Below, one piece after another: positions 12,001-24,600 of a stretch of 64,000 bases of DNA; within the stretch, counting starts at the first letter, position 1; each line of letters starts with the position of its first letter. The notes beneath the pieces are model-generated. The model saw only the letters and a program-made list of their open reading frames with translations. It was not told the DNA's origin and did no database searches. Location: assembly GCA_036172245.1 (NCBI GenBank), contig JAYWIR010000001.1, forward strand, positions 7,378,001 to 7,442,000, given 5' to 3'. The position numbers and the translations under genes are program-made. The stretch is from Raillietiella orientalis. Taxonomy: Eukaryota.

Positions 12001-15000
12001 GTCTGAGGCTGGGTGCCCTCTGCAGCGAATCCGCAGCTAACACGACCATCCGAGACCCCATCGGCACCTTCCTTCCCTTCCCCTTTTCCTCCTGGTGAGT
12101 GTCTACCTTCAGGGCGCACTGGTAGACGACCGGTCCGGCTTCCCTGTTTCACCCCGGAATCCCGTCTCTCTTCCTGCCTGTCTCCTCCTGTACCGCCTGA
12201 AGGTTCGGATCCCTGTGTTCGCGTGAATAGGAAGGGAATAAGGCAGGGATGTCTCGAAGAATTCAGGACAGCGGAGGAGGCTCCCGTGGGGGACGGGGAT
12301 TACGTAGAGGGCGAATCAGGTTCGTGCGCTGTTGGAGGGGTCGAGGAGGGGCACGATCCCCCATCGAGTATCCCGGCTCAGACGCCTTCCCGGAAAGACA
12401 GCCTTCTTTGTCTCGCAGTCCTCATCCTGAGGTAAAGCAGCGTGAGGACAAGGAAAGGAAGAAGGGCAAGAGAAAAGGGGATGGGAAACTTCGTCTCTCC
12501 TTCCCGCCTCTTGGAAACCCCGCGAGGAGGATCTTGCCGTCGGAGCGCTCTGGGAGAGAGGAATGGCAGGACTGCCAAACATGGGGAGTGGGCGCCGTCG
12601 AGACTCGCAGAGTCCAGACATCAGTGAGGCCTGCGCTTGCGCCGTCGGCGCCCTGAGCAGCTGGAGGAGCCACTTCCGAGGAAAGAAGGAGGCATGATGG
12701 GGCATCGAAAGGGGAGAGGGAAGAGCAGCAGCACCACTCCACAGAAAAGGATGGATGGGAACGCTGTCCCGAGGCCTAAGCGCCTCGTGGAGGGACCAGG
12801 GACGCGTTCGCAGGGTGCGCGCCGCGGTGCCAACTCACTGGCTGTGGCTGCGGAGCGAAGTTCCGCCACATTTGAGATCCCCGGCGTTGGGCAGAGTTGA
12901 CCCCTGCTCTCAGGAGACCTTACAGAGCTGCTGACACGTGCGAAGGGGACACTTGGGAAGTGGCGTCGCTACCCCTCCGCAGGAGAGGCAGTAGAAGATC
13001 ACCATGAGGGCAGGGGGCTCCTTCCTGCCCTTCTGTCGGAGCTGTGGCCACCACCTGGACTCCGGAGGGGTTCCAGCCGGCTTTGGGGGCTTCTGAGGAC
13101 CTTGAGAACAAGGAGGAAAACGATGAAAACGAGAGCCGCCCCTTGGGGGGAATCCTCCCGACTCGGCCCGTCTCCCGGAATCACCACCTCCGGCGTTCCT
13201 CCCCTTGGCACACTCCGCTGTGGCCTCTTCATTCCGGCGTCGGAAGAAGACGGCGCGCGCGTCCCTTTTGTTCGGAGCACTTGACGTCGGTACAAGGGGG
13301 CAACAAGAGCGCTTCCGGGAAAGAGACGAGGCGTGTTCCCCTATTTTTTCGGGTGCCCGCGCACGCGAGCGGGAGCTCGAGGTAGCCCGCAGCGCCTACT
13401 TACAGGCGGGAATCTTTCGCGAGCTTCCCTGGAACAATCTAGTAAAGGAAAAAAAAAGGGGAAGAGAAGTGCTGATGGCTGAGGGGAAGAGGGGAAGTTT
13501 CGGGATGCGCCTGCATCCTGGAAGTGGTGCATCCCGTCGTTCGTGGTCTGGGGTATGCTTGCATTAGGTGAATGGGGTGGCTGCTAACGGAGTTCGGTGA
13601 TCGACCGAGTCCTTCCGTGTGGCGCTCCCACTTTCCTCCCCTCCTTTCAGCGCCGCGAAGAGATGTGCGGGTGGGATCCGTTCCTAGGAATTGTCGCCGC
13701 CCTTTGGAGAACAGGGCGACTCCTGGCTGTCGCCGACGCGTGCCACGCGCATCTGCCTGAGCGGAGGTCAGTCGCCCGCCGCGCATATCACGTCGCGCTG
13801 CTCTCTCTTCCGGTTCCAGGAAGCTGGGAGGCCTTCTTGAGGAAGAAATCGCCTGTTCACCCCCCCCCTGCCTCTTTTTTTTTTTCTTCTGCTTTTCCGT
13901 TCCGCCCTGCAGGAGGAAGGGTCGAGAATCGTCCAGGGCTGATCCCAGTCGGTACGTGCCCTCCTTCGCTCTCCCGGATCCCCTTCCCCGATTTCTCCTG
14001 CCTTTCCTCGAACGACGCGGAGGGCAGTCGCCGTGCATCTCGAGGGGCGCAGAATTCTCCCCACCCCTTCCCACTCTTCAGGAAGCGTGAGATATTGTGG
14101 AGGAAGGGCCAAAGACCTGCTGTTTTCCTGATTCGCCCTGAGCCTCCGCCTCGTGGGGTGGAGGAGTGCTCCTGATGCCACACCATCCGAGGTGCCTGGT
14201 GGGTCAAGGAGACGGGAAAAATCCAGCAGGAGGGACCACGGGAAAGTGGCTGCTGTGGAGGAAAGGAGGAGGGCTGAGGGAGGTGGAGCAGTGGGGATGG
14301 GGAGGAAGAAGCCGCGGGCGTCAAAGACCGGTAGGATGCCACTTGTGGCTCCTCGCTTCCTCTGCTCCAACCTTGGTCTCTCCCCCTCCCCCCCCCCTTC
14401 CACGAAGTAGTTGCTCTTTGGAGGTCCCCGGAACTCGGAGATTCCGTCTCCCTGACGAGAGAGGGCAGCCAGGAGGGAATGAAAGCATTAAAAAAGAGAG
14501 ATGGGGGAGGAGAAAGAGGGAGACGGATCGAAGCTCGGACGCGCGGAAGGAGAGACGGGAGGGGGCGGAGGATCGATTTGAAAAAGGCGAATTCATCTCG
14601 TGAGAAGGCGCTCCCGAGATAAAAGGGGAGCAGCGCTTTCCCTTCGTGGGGAGATGCGCGGGAGTGAAGAAGGGGGTGAACCCTTGGAGGAGGAGGAAGG
14701 AGTTGAGGGAGGGAGGGACTGTCCCCGGGTGGTGTCGCACCGGGTTCACGGGAGACCGTGGAGGGGGGGCGGAACGGAGGAGGAAGGCGAGAAGAAGAGC
14801 GACAGCGAAATGGTGCGCATGTGTTTGAGCTCAGAGCCCTCCCGCCAGCCCGTAGCTGCCCTGACACGCCTCTCCGACCTTCCTGGGATCCCAAACCTTG
14901 ATAGGGACCGCCTCGAGGGGGGAGAATCCTCTGCGGGGAGGACGCCCCAGCCTCTCCCTTCACGACTGCGTTCTCGAGGCGGAAGGGCTGCCAGGAGAGC

Positions 15001-17790
15001 TTTCTCTCCCTCCACCTCCTGGCTATCTCCCAGACGGGACTCTCGGCCGATAAGGGACACGAGAAGAAAGGAGGAAAAAGCCTCGACTGCCGCTTCCGCT
15101 GTTTCGCAAAGGGAGGCTGGTAACCCCGGCAATGAAGGGAGCAATCTCCTGAGCCAGCGTAGAGAGCGCGGGCGCTCGCGTGACCGCGTTGGCTCTCTCC
15201 CTTCCCACCGAGCGAGACGGGTGGTCCAGAGGAAACCTTGATTCGCTCGCTCCTTCCTCCCGGACGTGACCTTCTCGTGGAGCGATCGCTAGTAATGGGA
15301 GGGGAGGGACAGCCTTCAGCATTCCTCGGCGGCTTCCTGGACGATGAAGCCCGCCTCGAGCTTTCAGAGGAGGGTGAGAAGGAGAGCAAAGGGAGAAGTC
15401 CCGTCTTCCCCCATCCCGGACGTCCTGCTCCAAGGGAAGAACGGAAGTCAGAAGTGTGCCCAGCGACTGCACCGCCCCTTGCGCGAGACCGAGAGTATGG
15501 CGAGAGGGTGGCCCTCCCGCGTGCCCCTTCGAGTTTGCCCTTCCCCTCCTCTCCCCTCCCTCTGCACCCACCGCGCGTGCACCCAGGATACTGTGGATGA
15601 AGGAGCCGGGGTGCGGCTCTCACTCTCCAAGAAGACTTCCGGAGACGCCTCCCCGAGGTCGTCGTGGATTTCACTCCGGTCTCACTCCGGCCTCGGCACC
15701 TGCAGAAAGCAGGCGGACCAGGAAGCGTGGATCAGATGCATCCGTCTGAGAGCAGATCACCCCTGGGAGGTGTCTTCCGAATTACCTCATCCCACGCCTG
15801 GGAAGCATGGAATAGAAGAAGGAAGGAAAGTGGACGAACATTCAGGATGTGAATCCTCCCTCCCCCTCCCACTACAGGGAGGGGAAACGAGGCACACGCC
15901 ATCGCCCTGCTGGATGGGGATGGATGGCGTGGCGGCTGTTGCTTCTCCTTCAGGTTTCTTCGGGCAGCTTTGCTTTCTTCCTCCGGACGGAAGGATCTTT
16001 CCTCCGGGTCACTCAGCTGCCCTTGTTGCCTTCAGAGAGGAACGAGGAAAGCGCAACACCCCTCTGGAGTCATTCGTGCTCCACCCAGCCATCTGCTCAC
16101 TTCAGCGGGGCGAAGAGAGGTAGCGAGGGGCAACGGCCCACAACCTCACCCCTCTCATCTCCCTGCACCGGGAATCTGAACTCTTCCTAGCTCGCAGCAT
16201 CGGGAAGACGGGAGCGGATCGAACTCCTCTTCCTTTCGACGCTGGCCATCTGTTTTGTTTTCCACCGACCCCACTTCGTAAGGATGGAAGAGGAAGAGGA
16301 TGGCGGGAGTGGAAAATGTTGGAAAGCGCTCCGTCTGGGAGCTGGAGGGGGAATTTGGCTCAGGAACGGGTTTATTCTCCACCCTGCTAGCTATCCAGAA
16401 GCGGGGAAGTGTGATGGAGGCCTTCAGGACCGAGTAGGGGGAGAGGAAGGCGAAGAGAAGACGCAGGAAAATCTCGGGCTTTCACCTCCACCGCCGCCAA
16501 CACGGCACCCCTCTCCCCGTCCCACTTTCCGCATCGAGGTGACCCGGGAGACAAGCAGGGACGCAGACGGACGCCTCCGGAGAGCATCCGACGAAGAGGA
16601 GACGCCGGCGGCTTTGCAGCGACAACGCTCAGATTGCCCGGAGGGGATGGTAAGAGGGAGTCAGATCACCGCCCTCCTTCCTTCCTCTTTCCGCTTGCCG
16701 GTTGCCGGGAGAGGAGGGTGACGGGGAGAGAAGGAAGGAAGGACAAAATCTGGAGGTCGCCCTGGACGACCCGAGGTTTCATCTCACAGCACCCACAAGG
16801 AAGTCGCGTAAAGCCGGTCAGCGGTCACCTTGTCGCTGGCCTCCTCAAAAGGGGCTGGTCAGGAAGAGGAAAGACCTGTTCTTCTTCGACCTCTCCCTTT
16901 CTCCTTGAGGTGGGCCATCCAGGGACATCTTCGGGACCAAGGATTGGCCCCAGGATTTCCGAGGGTCGCCATCTCTCTTGTCCCTCGTCCCTACCCGGAA
17001 AGCCCAGGAACTCGGTTCATTCCTTACTCGGTCCATAGGGCTCCCTCGTCCCGTTCAGCTGCTACTTCCAGGAGGTGGGAGATTCGGATATCACCACTAA
17101 TGCGGGAGAAATTCTCTCGTACTCGCCACAGCTCGCTGCTCCTGTGGTGATCTATGGCCATCATACGCCATGGGTCATGGGAGCAGAGTTGGAACGGAGG
17201 GGGGAAAGAGAGCCAGTCAGGTGTTCCAAGTGCACTGAAAGGAGACGAAACTTTGTTCCTAACCGCCGCATCTGCGGAAGGTCCTTCTCCTCCGAGTTGC
17301 CCCGCGACAATCCTCTTCCTTCCTGGGGAAAAGCTCCCGGGGAGCCGGAGCGGAGTTTCCGGGAACGGGAGGACTTTTCCTCCGCCACCGTCTCCAGCTG
17401 CTCTTTCTGCCTTCGGAAAGGCGGGGAAGGGACCGAGAGAGGGGTGGGGTTTGTGGCCCCTCTGCTCCTCCCCAATCCTGTTTGTCTTTCCCCTCCTCCC
17501 TCGCGCGTACGCCCCCGGTCCGCTCTCGTCCTCCTCGGACAGCAAGCAGCTCTCCTTTCCTCCTTGACAGGATCGAAGGCGTCTTCATTGACCTCCCTCA
17601 CATGAGTCGGCGGCTGCTGTTACTGCGGCTGCTGCTGCTGCTCCGCGGCCGATCCATGTTTTCGGCGGATGATTTAACACCGAACGCGCTCACCCGCGCC
17701 CCGCTCCGAGAGCTGATGACGACAGAACGTATTCATTAACGTCACCGTTAAAGTGAGTCGGGGAAGGGAAAGCGACGCCCCATTATCACT

Positions 17791-17939
17791 GGGGGAGAGG
17801 AGGAGGAGAAAAAAAAAAATGAAGAAGACGAGGGAGGAGAAAGAAAGAAAAAAAAAAGGAAAGAAAGAAAGAAAAGGAGGAGGAGGAGGAGGAGGGAGGA
17901 GGGGAGGAAAAGAGGAGAAGAAAGGAAAGAAGGAAAGAA
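17791..17939. repeat. Long, almost pure polypurine tract (A/G; GGA and GAAA units)
   Basis: About 150 nt of nearly only A and G. Similar tracts occur at about 31290-31385, 40260-40395 and 54000-54220. Confidence 0.85.
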
Positions 17940-20900
17940 TTCCCGTGTGTTTCCTCCTCATTTTGTGTCGGAGAATGCAAAGTGTCTCATAAATCCTGGG
18001 GCTGCCGCCGCCGCCGCCGCTCCTTCGACTTGCATCTCCACGCGGAGTGGAGCCGCCTCCCCGTTTCGGCTTTCCGGAGTGCGAGGAGGCGATCGCTCAC
18101 GCTTGCGCACACGTAAGTGCGGAGGGGGAGAGGACAGGGTGGCGGTGGGTGGAAGGGCGGGGGGTGGGGCGGGTGGAAGCATTGGGGGGGGGAGGCGGAG
18201 GAGCAGAAACGCGCGTGGAATTTGCTTTGCGGAGACAGCAGGTTAAAAAGGGAAGACGGGGTCAGTGACTAATTGACAAATGAACTTCTCTGGAACGGAT
18301 CGATCAGCCGGCGTAAGCACGCGTGGGAGGCGCGGAATCGGCGTCTCTTCGGGAGCGACTTAACAGATGTTCGAGTCGGTTTCCATCAAGTCAAACAGCC
18401 CAGGACTCCAGGCTCCGTGGTTGCCGGGCGCTCTGTCCCCCACCACTCTCTCTCCTTCTCTTTCTTCAGTGATTGTCCTCCGCATCCCTCCTTGCGGCGA
18501 GCGGATCTCCTTGGCAACAGATTCCCGTACTGGTGGACTTTCCTTCCTGAGGGTCTTCTTTCCGGTGACCCTTTGCAATGGACTTTCAAGCCGATGACCT
18601 CTTTTCGGAGGCTGCTCTCCGCACAGTGGGCTCTCCCAGCTCACGTGAACCCCGGTCCAGTGGTTCGCGTTCGAGGCGGCTCGAAACCACTCCAGCGGAG
18701 AAGATGCTGATGAGAGGAAGACCCAAGAAGGAGACCGCGTGCTCTTCTCCTCCTCGTCACACCTCTTCAGCGGAGCTCTCGGGCGAGGAAAGTACTATTC
18801 TCGCTTTCTTATGGAAGGGGGCAGGGGTCACGGAGGAAGAGGACAGAGTGAGGCCTCGAGCCATCGCCCTTCGCGGGAAGTCTGGAGAGCCCAAACTTCC
18901 ACAGACTCCCCGCCTCGCTCGGTCTCCAGTGCCGCTGCTGCCCACTGCTGTGGGTCGGCTCGGACCCGAGACGGCCGCGCCCCACGAACTAATCTGGAGG
19001 AGCTCCCCACAGTCGCAAGGGATGCTCGGTAGTCCCCATTCGGCAATCGACAGAGCAAGTTGCCTTTTCCTTTCTTTTCCTCTGGGAAAAGAAGAATAAG
19101 GGAGGGAAAAGGAGGAAGGGGGAGGGGGAGGGAAAAGAACGGAGGGAAAAAGTCCCTTTCTTCCTTCCGCGCTCTCACTTACCCGACGGCACGCAGGAGG
19201 TTCCACGCCGGCGTTGGAGCCGCCACGCAGTTGACTTCTTTCCGCCGACCGCCGTGACCATCCTTCCGAGACCATCCGTCAGCCGACCTCTTTGGTACCC
19301 TGGCCATTCTTGGAGAAGCAAACTCGAGAGCCAGAGGCGTGGCACCAGACGACAGGAGTCACACCTCCCGGTTGGAGTCATTGCCAAGGAGCGGCCGCCG
19401 AAGGAGACGACTAGGGGAAGAGTGAAAAGCGATCTGGGACGTAGAAAACTGGAGACTGCGAGGAGGCACGCGTCTGGACCGCTCGTGGATCACCTTCCTA
19501 GTCGAGAGTGTGGGGCTGAAGTGGGACCTGCTCTGTCCACTGTTGAGCCGTTACCATGGTGCCGAAGACCTCGTCGCAGGTGGTATCTAGGAGAAGAGAG
19601 GGAGAAGGGAGCGAAGGTAGCAAGGGAGAGGGATCCAGGATGTCTGTCGAGAACAGAAGGTGATAGCTGCGGGCAAATCGGATGCCCCAGCCACTTCCGG
19701 AGGTCATGAGACCAGGGTCGCCTTCCTCCATCGAGGTTTCCTCTCAACTGGCCGTGAGATCCCTCACGCCCACGTGGATCGCGAAGGCACGAGGGAACCA
19801 GTCTCCTTGGAGCAAGCCGGATGGTCGCGCGGCGACTGAGGGAGTAGACAGAGGAGGAGGAACAAGGATGGACGGGGAGTTCCCTTCTCTTCTTAGTCTG
19901 CATCGTCCGCTCTTCCTCGAGCTTCTATCCCACCTCCGAAAAGTGGGAGAATCAGAGGCGGGGGAACCCATAGAGGATCGCCCCACTCTTTCGGGTAACG
20001 TATGGAGGGTGGTCCTACAGGCGAGAGCCGGCTGTCCTCTTGGCACTGCCGCTGGGTCCCCGCTGCCCACTGGCAGAAGACCTTGCGTAAAGAACTCTGC
20101 TGGATCTCGGCTCCACGAGAGGCAGGAGGAAGAGGGAGTTTCTCTTCAGGGGGAGACCGCCGTCTCCATGGAGTCCTCCCGAAGGAAGGACGGACGGACA
20201 TTTCCAGACCCTCTAGCATTCGTGCAAGCCTCGCGGGAGAACACAAGCTGCATCTTGGGCATCCAGAGATAAGGTAGGGTAGCGAGGAATCCCGAGGTGT
20301 TGTGAGGAGATCGGAAAAGGGAGAGGAAGAGAAGAAGGAGGAGGCGGAAGGGACGAATCGGGCGGGTTTCCGCTCACCCTTTCCAGAGGAAGGAAATTTG
20401 GAGGCTCGACTTCCGGTTTGCAGGCGCAACTATAAATAATAATACCTTCAGGCTTCGTTGCCGGGGACGACGCGTGCCCGTCTTCCCGTTCGCTTGGGTG
20501 ACCGACTTCTGGCGGGCCGGTTTTTCGGTCCCGCCAACTGCGCGCGTTCTCGCTCGATCCTGCGCGGTTTCGCTGCTTGAGGAATGGATATGAGCCTAGA
20601 GAAGGTGGAGGGAGCGGGAAGGGAGGAGAAGGAGGCTGCATCAGGAGGAGGGGGAGAGGGACATACCTACGCCGGAACCAGGGGGAAGAAGACTGGAACG
20701 AGGAGGCTCTCCTGCGCGTGCATGCCAGGCTGGGAAGGGTAGCTCCCGTCTCAAGCAGGGGAGCGTTTGTCCAGGGCGCGATTCCCGAATAGCTATCAGG
20801 GAATGATGGCGAGGAATTTCCGGCCTTTGACCTCGAAGACCTTGAGTTTCCGTATCAGCCTACACACGCTGTGCCTCCTCCTCCCCTTCCTCCTCCTTTC

Positions 20901-21252
20901 CTCGGTCTTCCTGCCCCTCTCTTCTTCCCTTTTGTTCCACGTCAAAGGAGGAAAAGCCAAACAAGAAACAGTGAAAACTTAGAATCTCTTATATTTGGGC
21001 GTGGGGACTCTTTAAGACTTCCAAGGTGTCTGCACAACGGTGCGGGGGAGGAGGAGGAGGGACAAGGGACAAAATGATATGAGATTTCAGAGCGAAAGAG
21101 ATTTTTTTGGAGGAGCATCATCACGTGAAGCTGTACAAGAACTTCGTGGACTAGGAGAGCAGCGTCCTTCGAGGGACCACTGGCCGTCTTCAGTCTTTTC
21201 CCACCGGAGGGCACAACCAGTCTGGTAGCGATGCCGTCGGCGTCGACGGAGC

Positions 21253-21615
21253 TCATTCTGCAGAACTGGTCAGGGGTTCCCGCATCCCCAGGTTCAGCCG
21301 GAACAAGGATTTCTCGTCGTCCTTGGAAATGGTGGACTCGTCCGCCGCGGCCCCCGGCGGCGCGGAATGCTTCGTGCCTTCCCTCCCGGCGGCGGCGGCA
21401 GCACCAACAACGTGCTGGGAATCCGGGAGGGCGTGCTGAGAGCTCTTGTCGGCGCAAGCACCGCCGGCGTCTGCGCCTTGCCGGGACGCGACTTTTTCTT
21501 CTGAGCCAGGGTTCGCCAGGAAAGGGCGGTAGTAGCCGTTCTGGAGAGGGAAGGTCACGCCTACCCTCGATGGGGACTTCTGCGCCGCCGCGAAATCCTT
21601 CCAGAACCCGTTTTC
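21253..21615 (-). CDS. salm: Probable spalt terminal coding exon 7 ([32 protein letters not shown]...LTSSAE*)
   Basis: Acceptor gttccctcag|GAA is in phase 0 with the exon 6 donor (89-nt intron). Codon and amino-acid style resembles exon 2, with TGA at 21255-21253. No conserved domain confirms it. Confidence 0.6.
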   Translation of the reverse strand, partial: ENGFWKDFAAAQKSPSRVGVTFPLQNGYYRPFLANPGSEEKVASRQGADAGGACADKSSQHALPDSQHVVGAAAAAGREGTKHSAPPGAAADESTISKDDEKSLFRLNLGMREPLTSSAE

Positions 21616-24600
21616 CTGAGGGAACAGCGCCTGTAAGCTCCGCCGCCTCCGTCGGGCGCTCGCGGGAAGAGGGATCGGGGAAGATCCCTTTCCCTGGCGG
21701 GTACCTTGTTCAGCGTTCGCGGGTGGGAAGGGATGTCCTGGTGTTCCTGCCCAAGACGTTGCGGATGGGAAGTCGCGGATTCCAGATACGGCTGGAAGAT
21801 CCTGGGAGATTTCAGGGACGACTCCAGGTTCTGCTTGATGGCCACCAGGGGAACGTCCAGGGACATCCTCTTGCCCCTGCGGGACGTCCCGCTCTGCGGC
21901 CACACGTGCGTTCCCATGTGGACCTGAGGGAAGCGGGGTGGGTTCCCGTGAGCTTCCCGCCGCCACCGGTGCGCGCCCTCCGGGGTCCGAAAAGGAAGGA
22001 GGGGCAGGAGGGGGCGGGGAGGGATAGGGGAAGAGGGGGGTGGTGGTGGAGGACACGTGCGCGCTCACCGTGCGCACCGCGCGAAGGGGCGTTACCTTGA
22101 GGTTGCCTCTGGTGGTGAAGGCGCGGTCGCACACCGCGCACTTGAACGGCCGGTCGCCGGTGTGCGTCCGGAAGTGGATCTGCAGAGAGCTGGACGACGA
22201 AAAGTTCTTGTTGCACACGTGGCAGAAGTGCTTGGGTAGACCTGGGGTGACGTACGAGCTCGAGTGAGTTGCAGGCGCCCCCGGGGATAGGGGGGAAGGG
22301 AAGGGGGGAGAACGGAGGATCCTCCGGGGAATCAGGCAGAACTCCAAAAAGCGCGCTAGAGTCAGAACCACGGGTCCCCTTTCTCAGATCATCCTCTTTT
22401 TTTTTTTTTTTTTGATTTCATCTCGTTTCATTTCATTTTCATTTTCATCTTTCGCCCCACCCGCTTTTTCATTTTATATTATTTTTCGAGGGGGAGGTTA
22501 CCAGCGGGGGATTTGCAAGCTGAGAAGGGAAGGGTCGCGCTACCACTTTGTGCGATTCCAGCTGATTCGAGGGTCCTGGGTGCTCGGAAGGCAGGGGCAG
22601 GGCCTCTTACCGGAAGGGCGCCCGAGAAGCGGGCTGGTGGGGTCCTGCTTGGGTGGGGGCCTCTCGCCCGCTGCTCCCGGGTGCGGCAGACTCTCTTCTT
22701 CCTCTTGCCTGGGGCTGCTGCCGCCGCTGCCTTCGACGAAGCCTTTGAACCCGGGGACCAGCGCCGGCGAAGAGTCGCCAGGCTGCTGCTGCTGCTGCTT
22801 CGTGGGTTCGGGTGACACTTCCTCCACGCTCTTATGCGTGAGCATGTGCTGCTTCATGTTTCCCTAGGCAACACCAGCGCACCATGTGAGTCGGGAAGGC
22901 TCTCCTTCGATACGGCCGCGCTGTTCTTCCTTCCTTCCCCGAACACTTCCCTCACTCCCTCCTCTCTCTCGTCCTCCACTCTCCCTGCGCGCGCGTTCCT
23001 CGCGGATCGGAGCGGTGTCCAGCCGGGAAGGGGAGGAGCACACCCTCCTTCAGAGACCGGTGCCCCACTCATCGCTTGGAGCGGGTCTGCCAAGAACCGA
23101 GGGAAGTTGGGTCGGGCCCACTGAGCAAGTGGCGACCAACCAAGCTCCTGGACGAGGAGGCACGTGATTCAGTCTCCCCTCCCCCTCTTCCCCCTCCCCT
23201 ATCCTTTGTTTTCCTCCTTGTCTAAGGTCACAGCTCGGATGCCATTCCTGGCCAGCAGTACCAGGAACGCGCGAAACAGGGGATTCCGGTCGAAGTTTCG
23301 TCAGCGGGAAGCTGGAGGGATCGGGCGGAGAGTTCGATTTTTCCCCAGGGGGGATTGTGAGAATCAGAAGGAAGGGAGGGATCGCTCGACCTTCTACGGT
23401 CTCGGCAGCCCTTGGCTCATGAACTTTCCCCGCCTAGCAAACAGAACTCCCGCGGAAGGGACTTTTCCTTGCAGTCCCGCGTGAGAAAAAAACAGCGAGA
23501 AGGAGAGGGGGAGATGGAAGGAGGGAACAAGCGCCCGTGCGACCTCGCCCACGCAACCACAGGAGAATGGATGATTGATCCCACCTCGCACCCTGTGGAC
23601 AGGGAGCACCCGCGTGAACGAGACAGGAAGACCCGGAGGAGGCCGGAGACGGAGGACGAAGAGCTTTCTCTTGGATTGAGCTGCGCCACATCCCTCCCTT
23701 CATCCCTTCCTCCGCCTTTTAAGCCTCGATCTTTCGCAGCAAAGCTGACTCCCCGAATCGCAGGCAGGGGGGCAGGGAGCGCGCGCTGAAGGTGATCAGA
23801 AAGAAAATGGGAGCGACTGAAAGGAGGAGGGAAGAGGCCCAAGGTAGAAGAGGACGACGTGGCTTCAACCTCCGATTCCCTTTTCCTTTTTTTTTTCTTT
23901 TTATCCCACTCAGATGGAAGGGAAGGGAAAGGGAAAAAACCGCGCTCAGAGAGCAGAGACCTGCGAGGACAAGAGAAGGCACCAAATCCCCGAACCCCAT
24001 TTTAGGTGCCACACGTATGCTCCCCTCCCTATCCGCTCCGCCCCGCTCCTTCTCCTTTCCTCCACCTGCCCATCACAGAGGAAGGGCTTTAAGACGCGGC
24101 GTTTCCGCGGAGGAGTTGGCTCAGAGGGCATAGTGAGGGAGCGCGAACGCTTCCCGATCGCCCCTTTTATGGCCCGCACTGAGGGAGCGACCGGGCGGCT
24201 GCGGTCCACACTGCAGCGAGCGAGCAGAGCGTGCCGGCGACATCGCACACATCGGAGCGACCTTGGGATCTCCCAGGTGGCTTTGCAGGCTGGGAAGGCG
24301 GTCCGAAGAGCAGCAGGAGGGTGCAGGTATGATCTCATGAAGAGGAAGAGACGATTATGGTGGTGGTGGTGGTGAAGGAGGAGGAGGAAGGGATGACTGC
24401 GGTGGTGATGGTGGTGGAGGAGGACGAAGGAAATTGCTTGGATGACGGTTTCGAGGCGGCAGCTCTCTCTCGCACGCGCCCTTTTCATCCTCCCGCGGGG
24501 CTCGAGGGAATCGAGACAGGAGTGCATCGCGAACCCGGATGCCTCCAGGAGGGAAACCGTTCTGGAAAACGCTGCTTCCAGCAGGAAGGAGAGAGGGGGA

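Noticed and set aside
13857..15674. 605-aa minus-strand ORF
   Set aside because: Low-complexity translation with no recognisable motif.
16210..16250. Pol III B-box-like GTTCGATCC on the minus strand
   Set aside because: No A-box at the right spacing and no tRNA cloverleaf or SINE tail.
17602..17739. Plus-strand MSRRLLLLRLLLLL... short ORF resembling a signal peptide or MSRR start
   Set aside because: It is the translation of a (CTG)n microsatellite, with no splice or domain support.
19380..19500. Faint resemblance of RPPKETTRGRVKSDL to the C-terminal end of RTE-type LINE ORFs
   Set aside because: Too short and divergent; no reverse-transcriptase motifs nearby.
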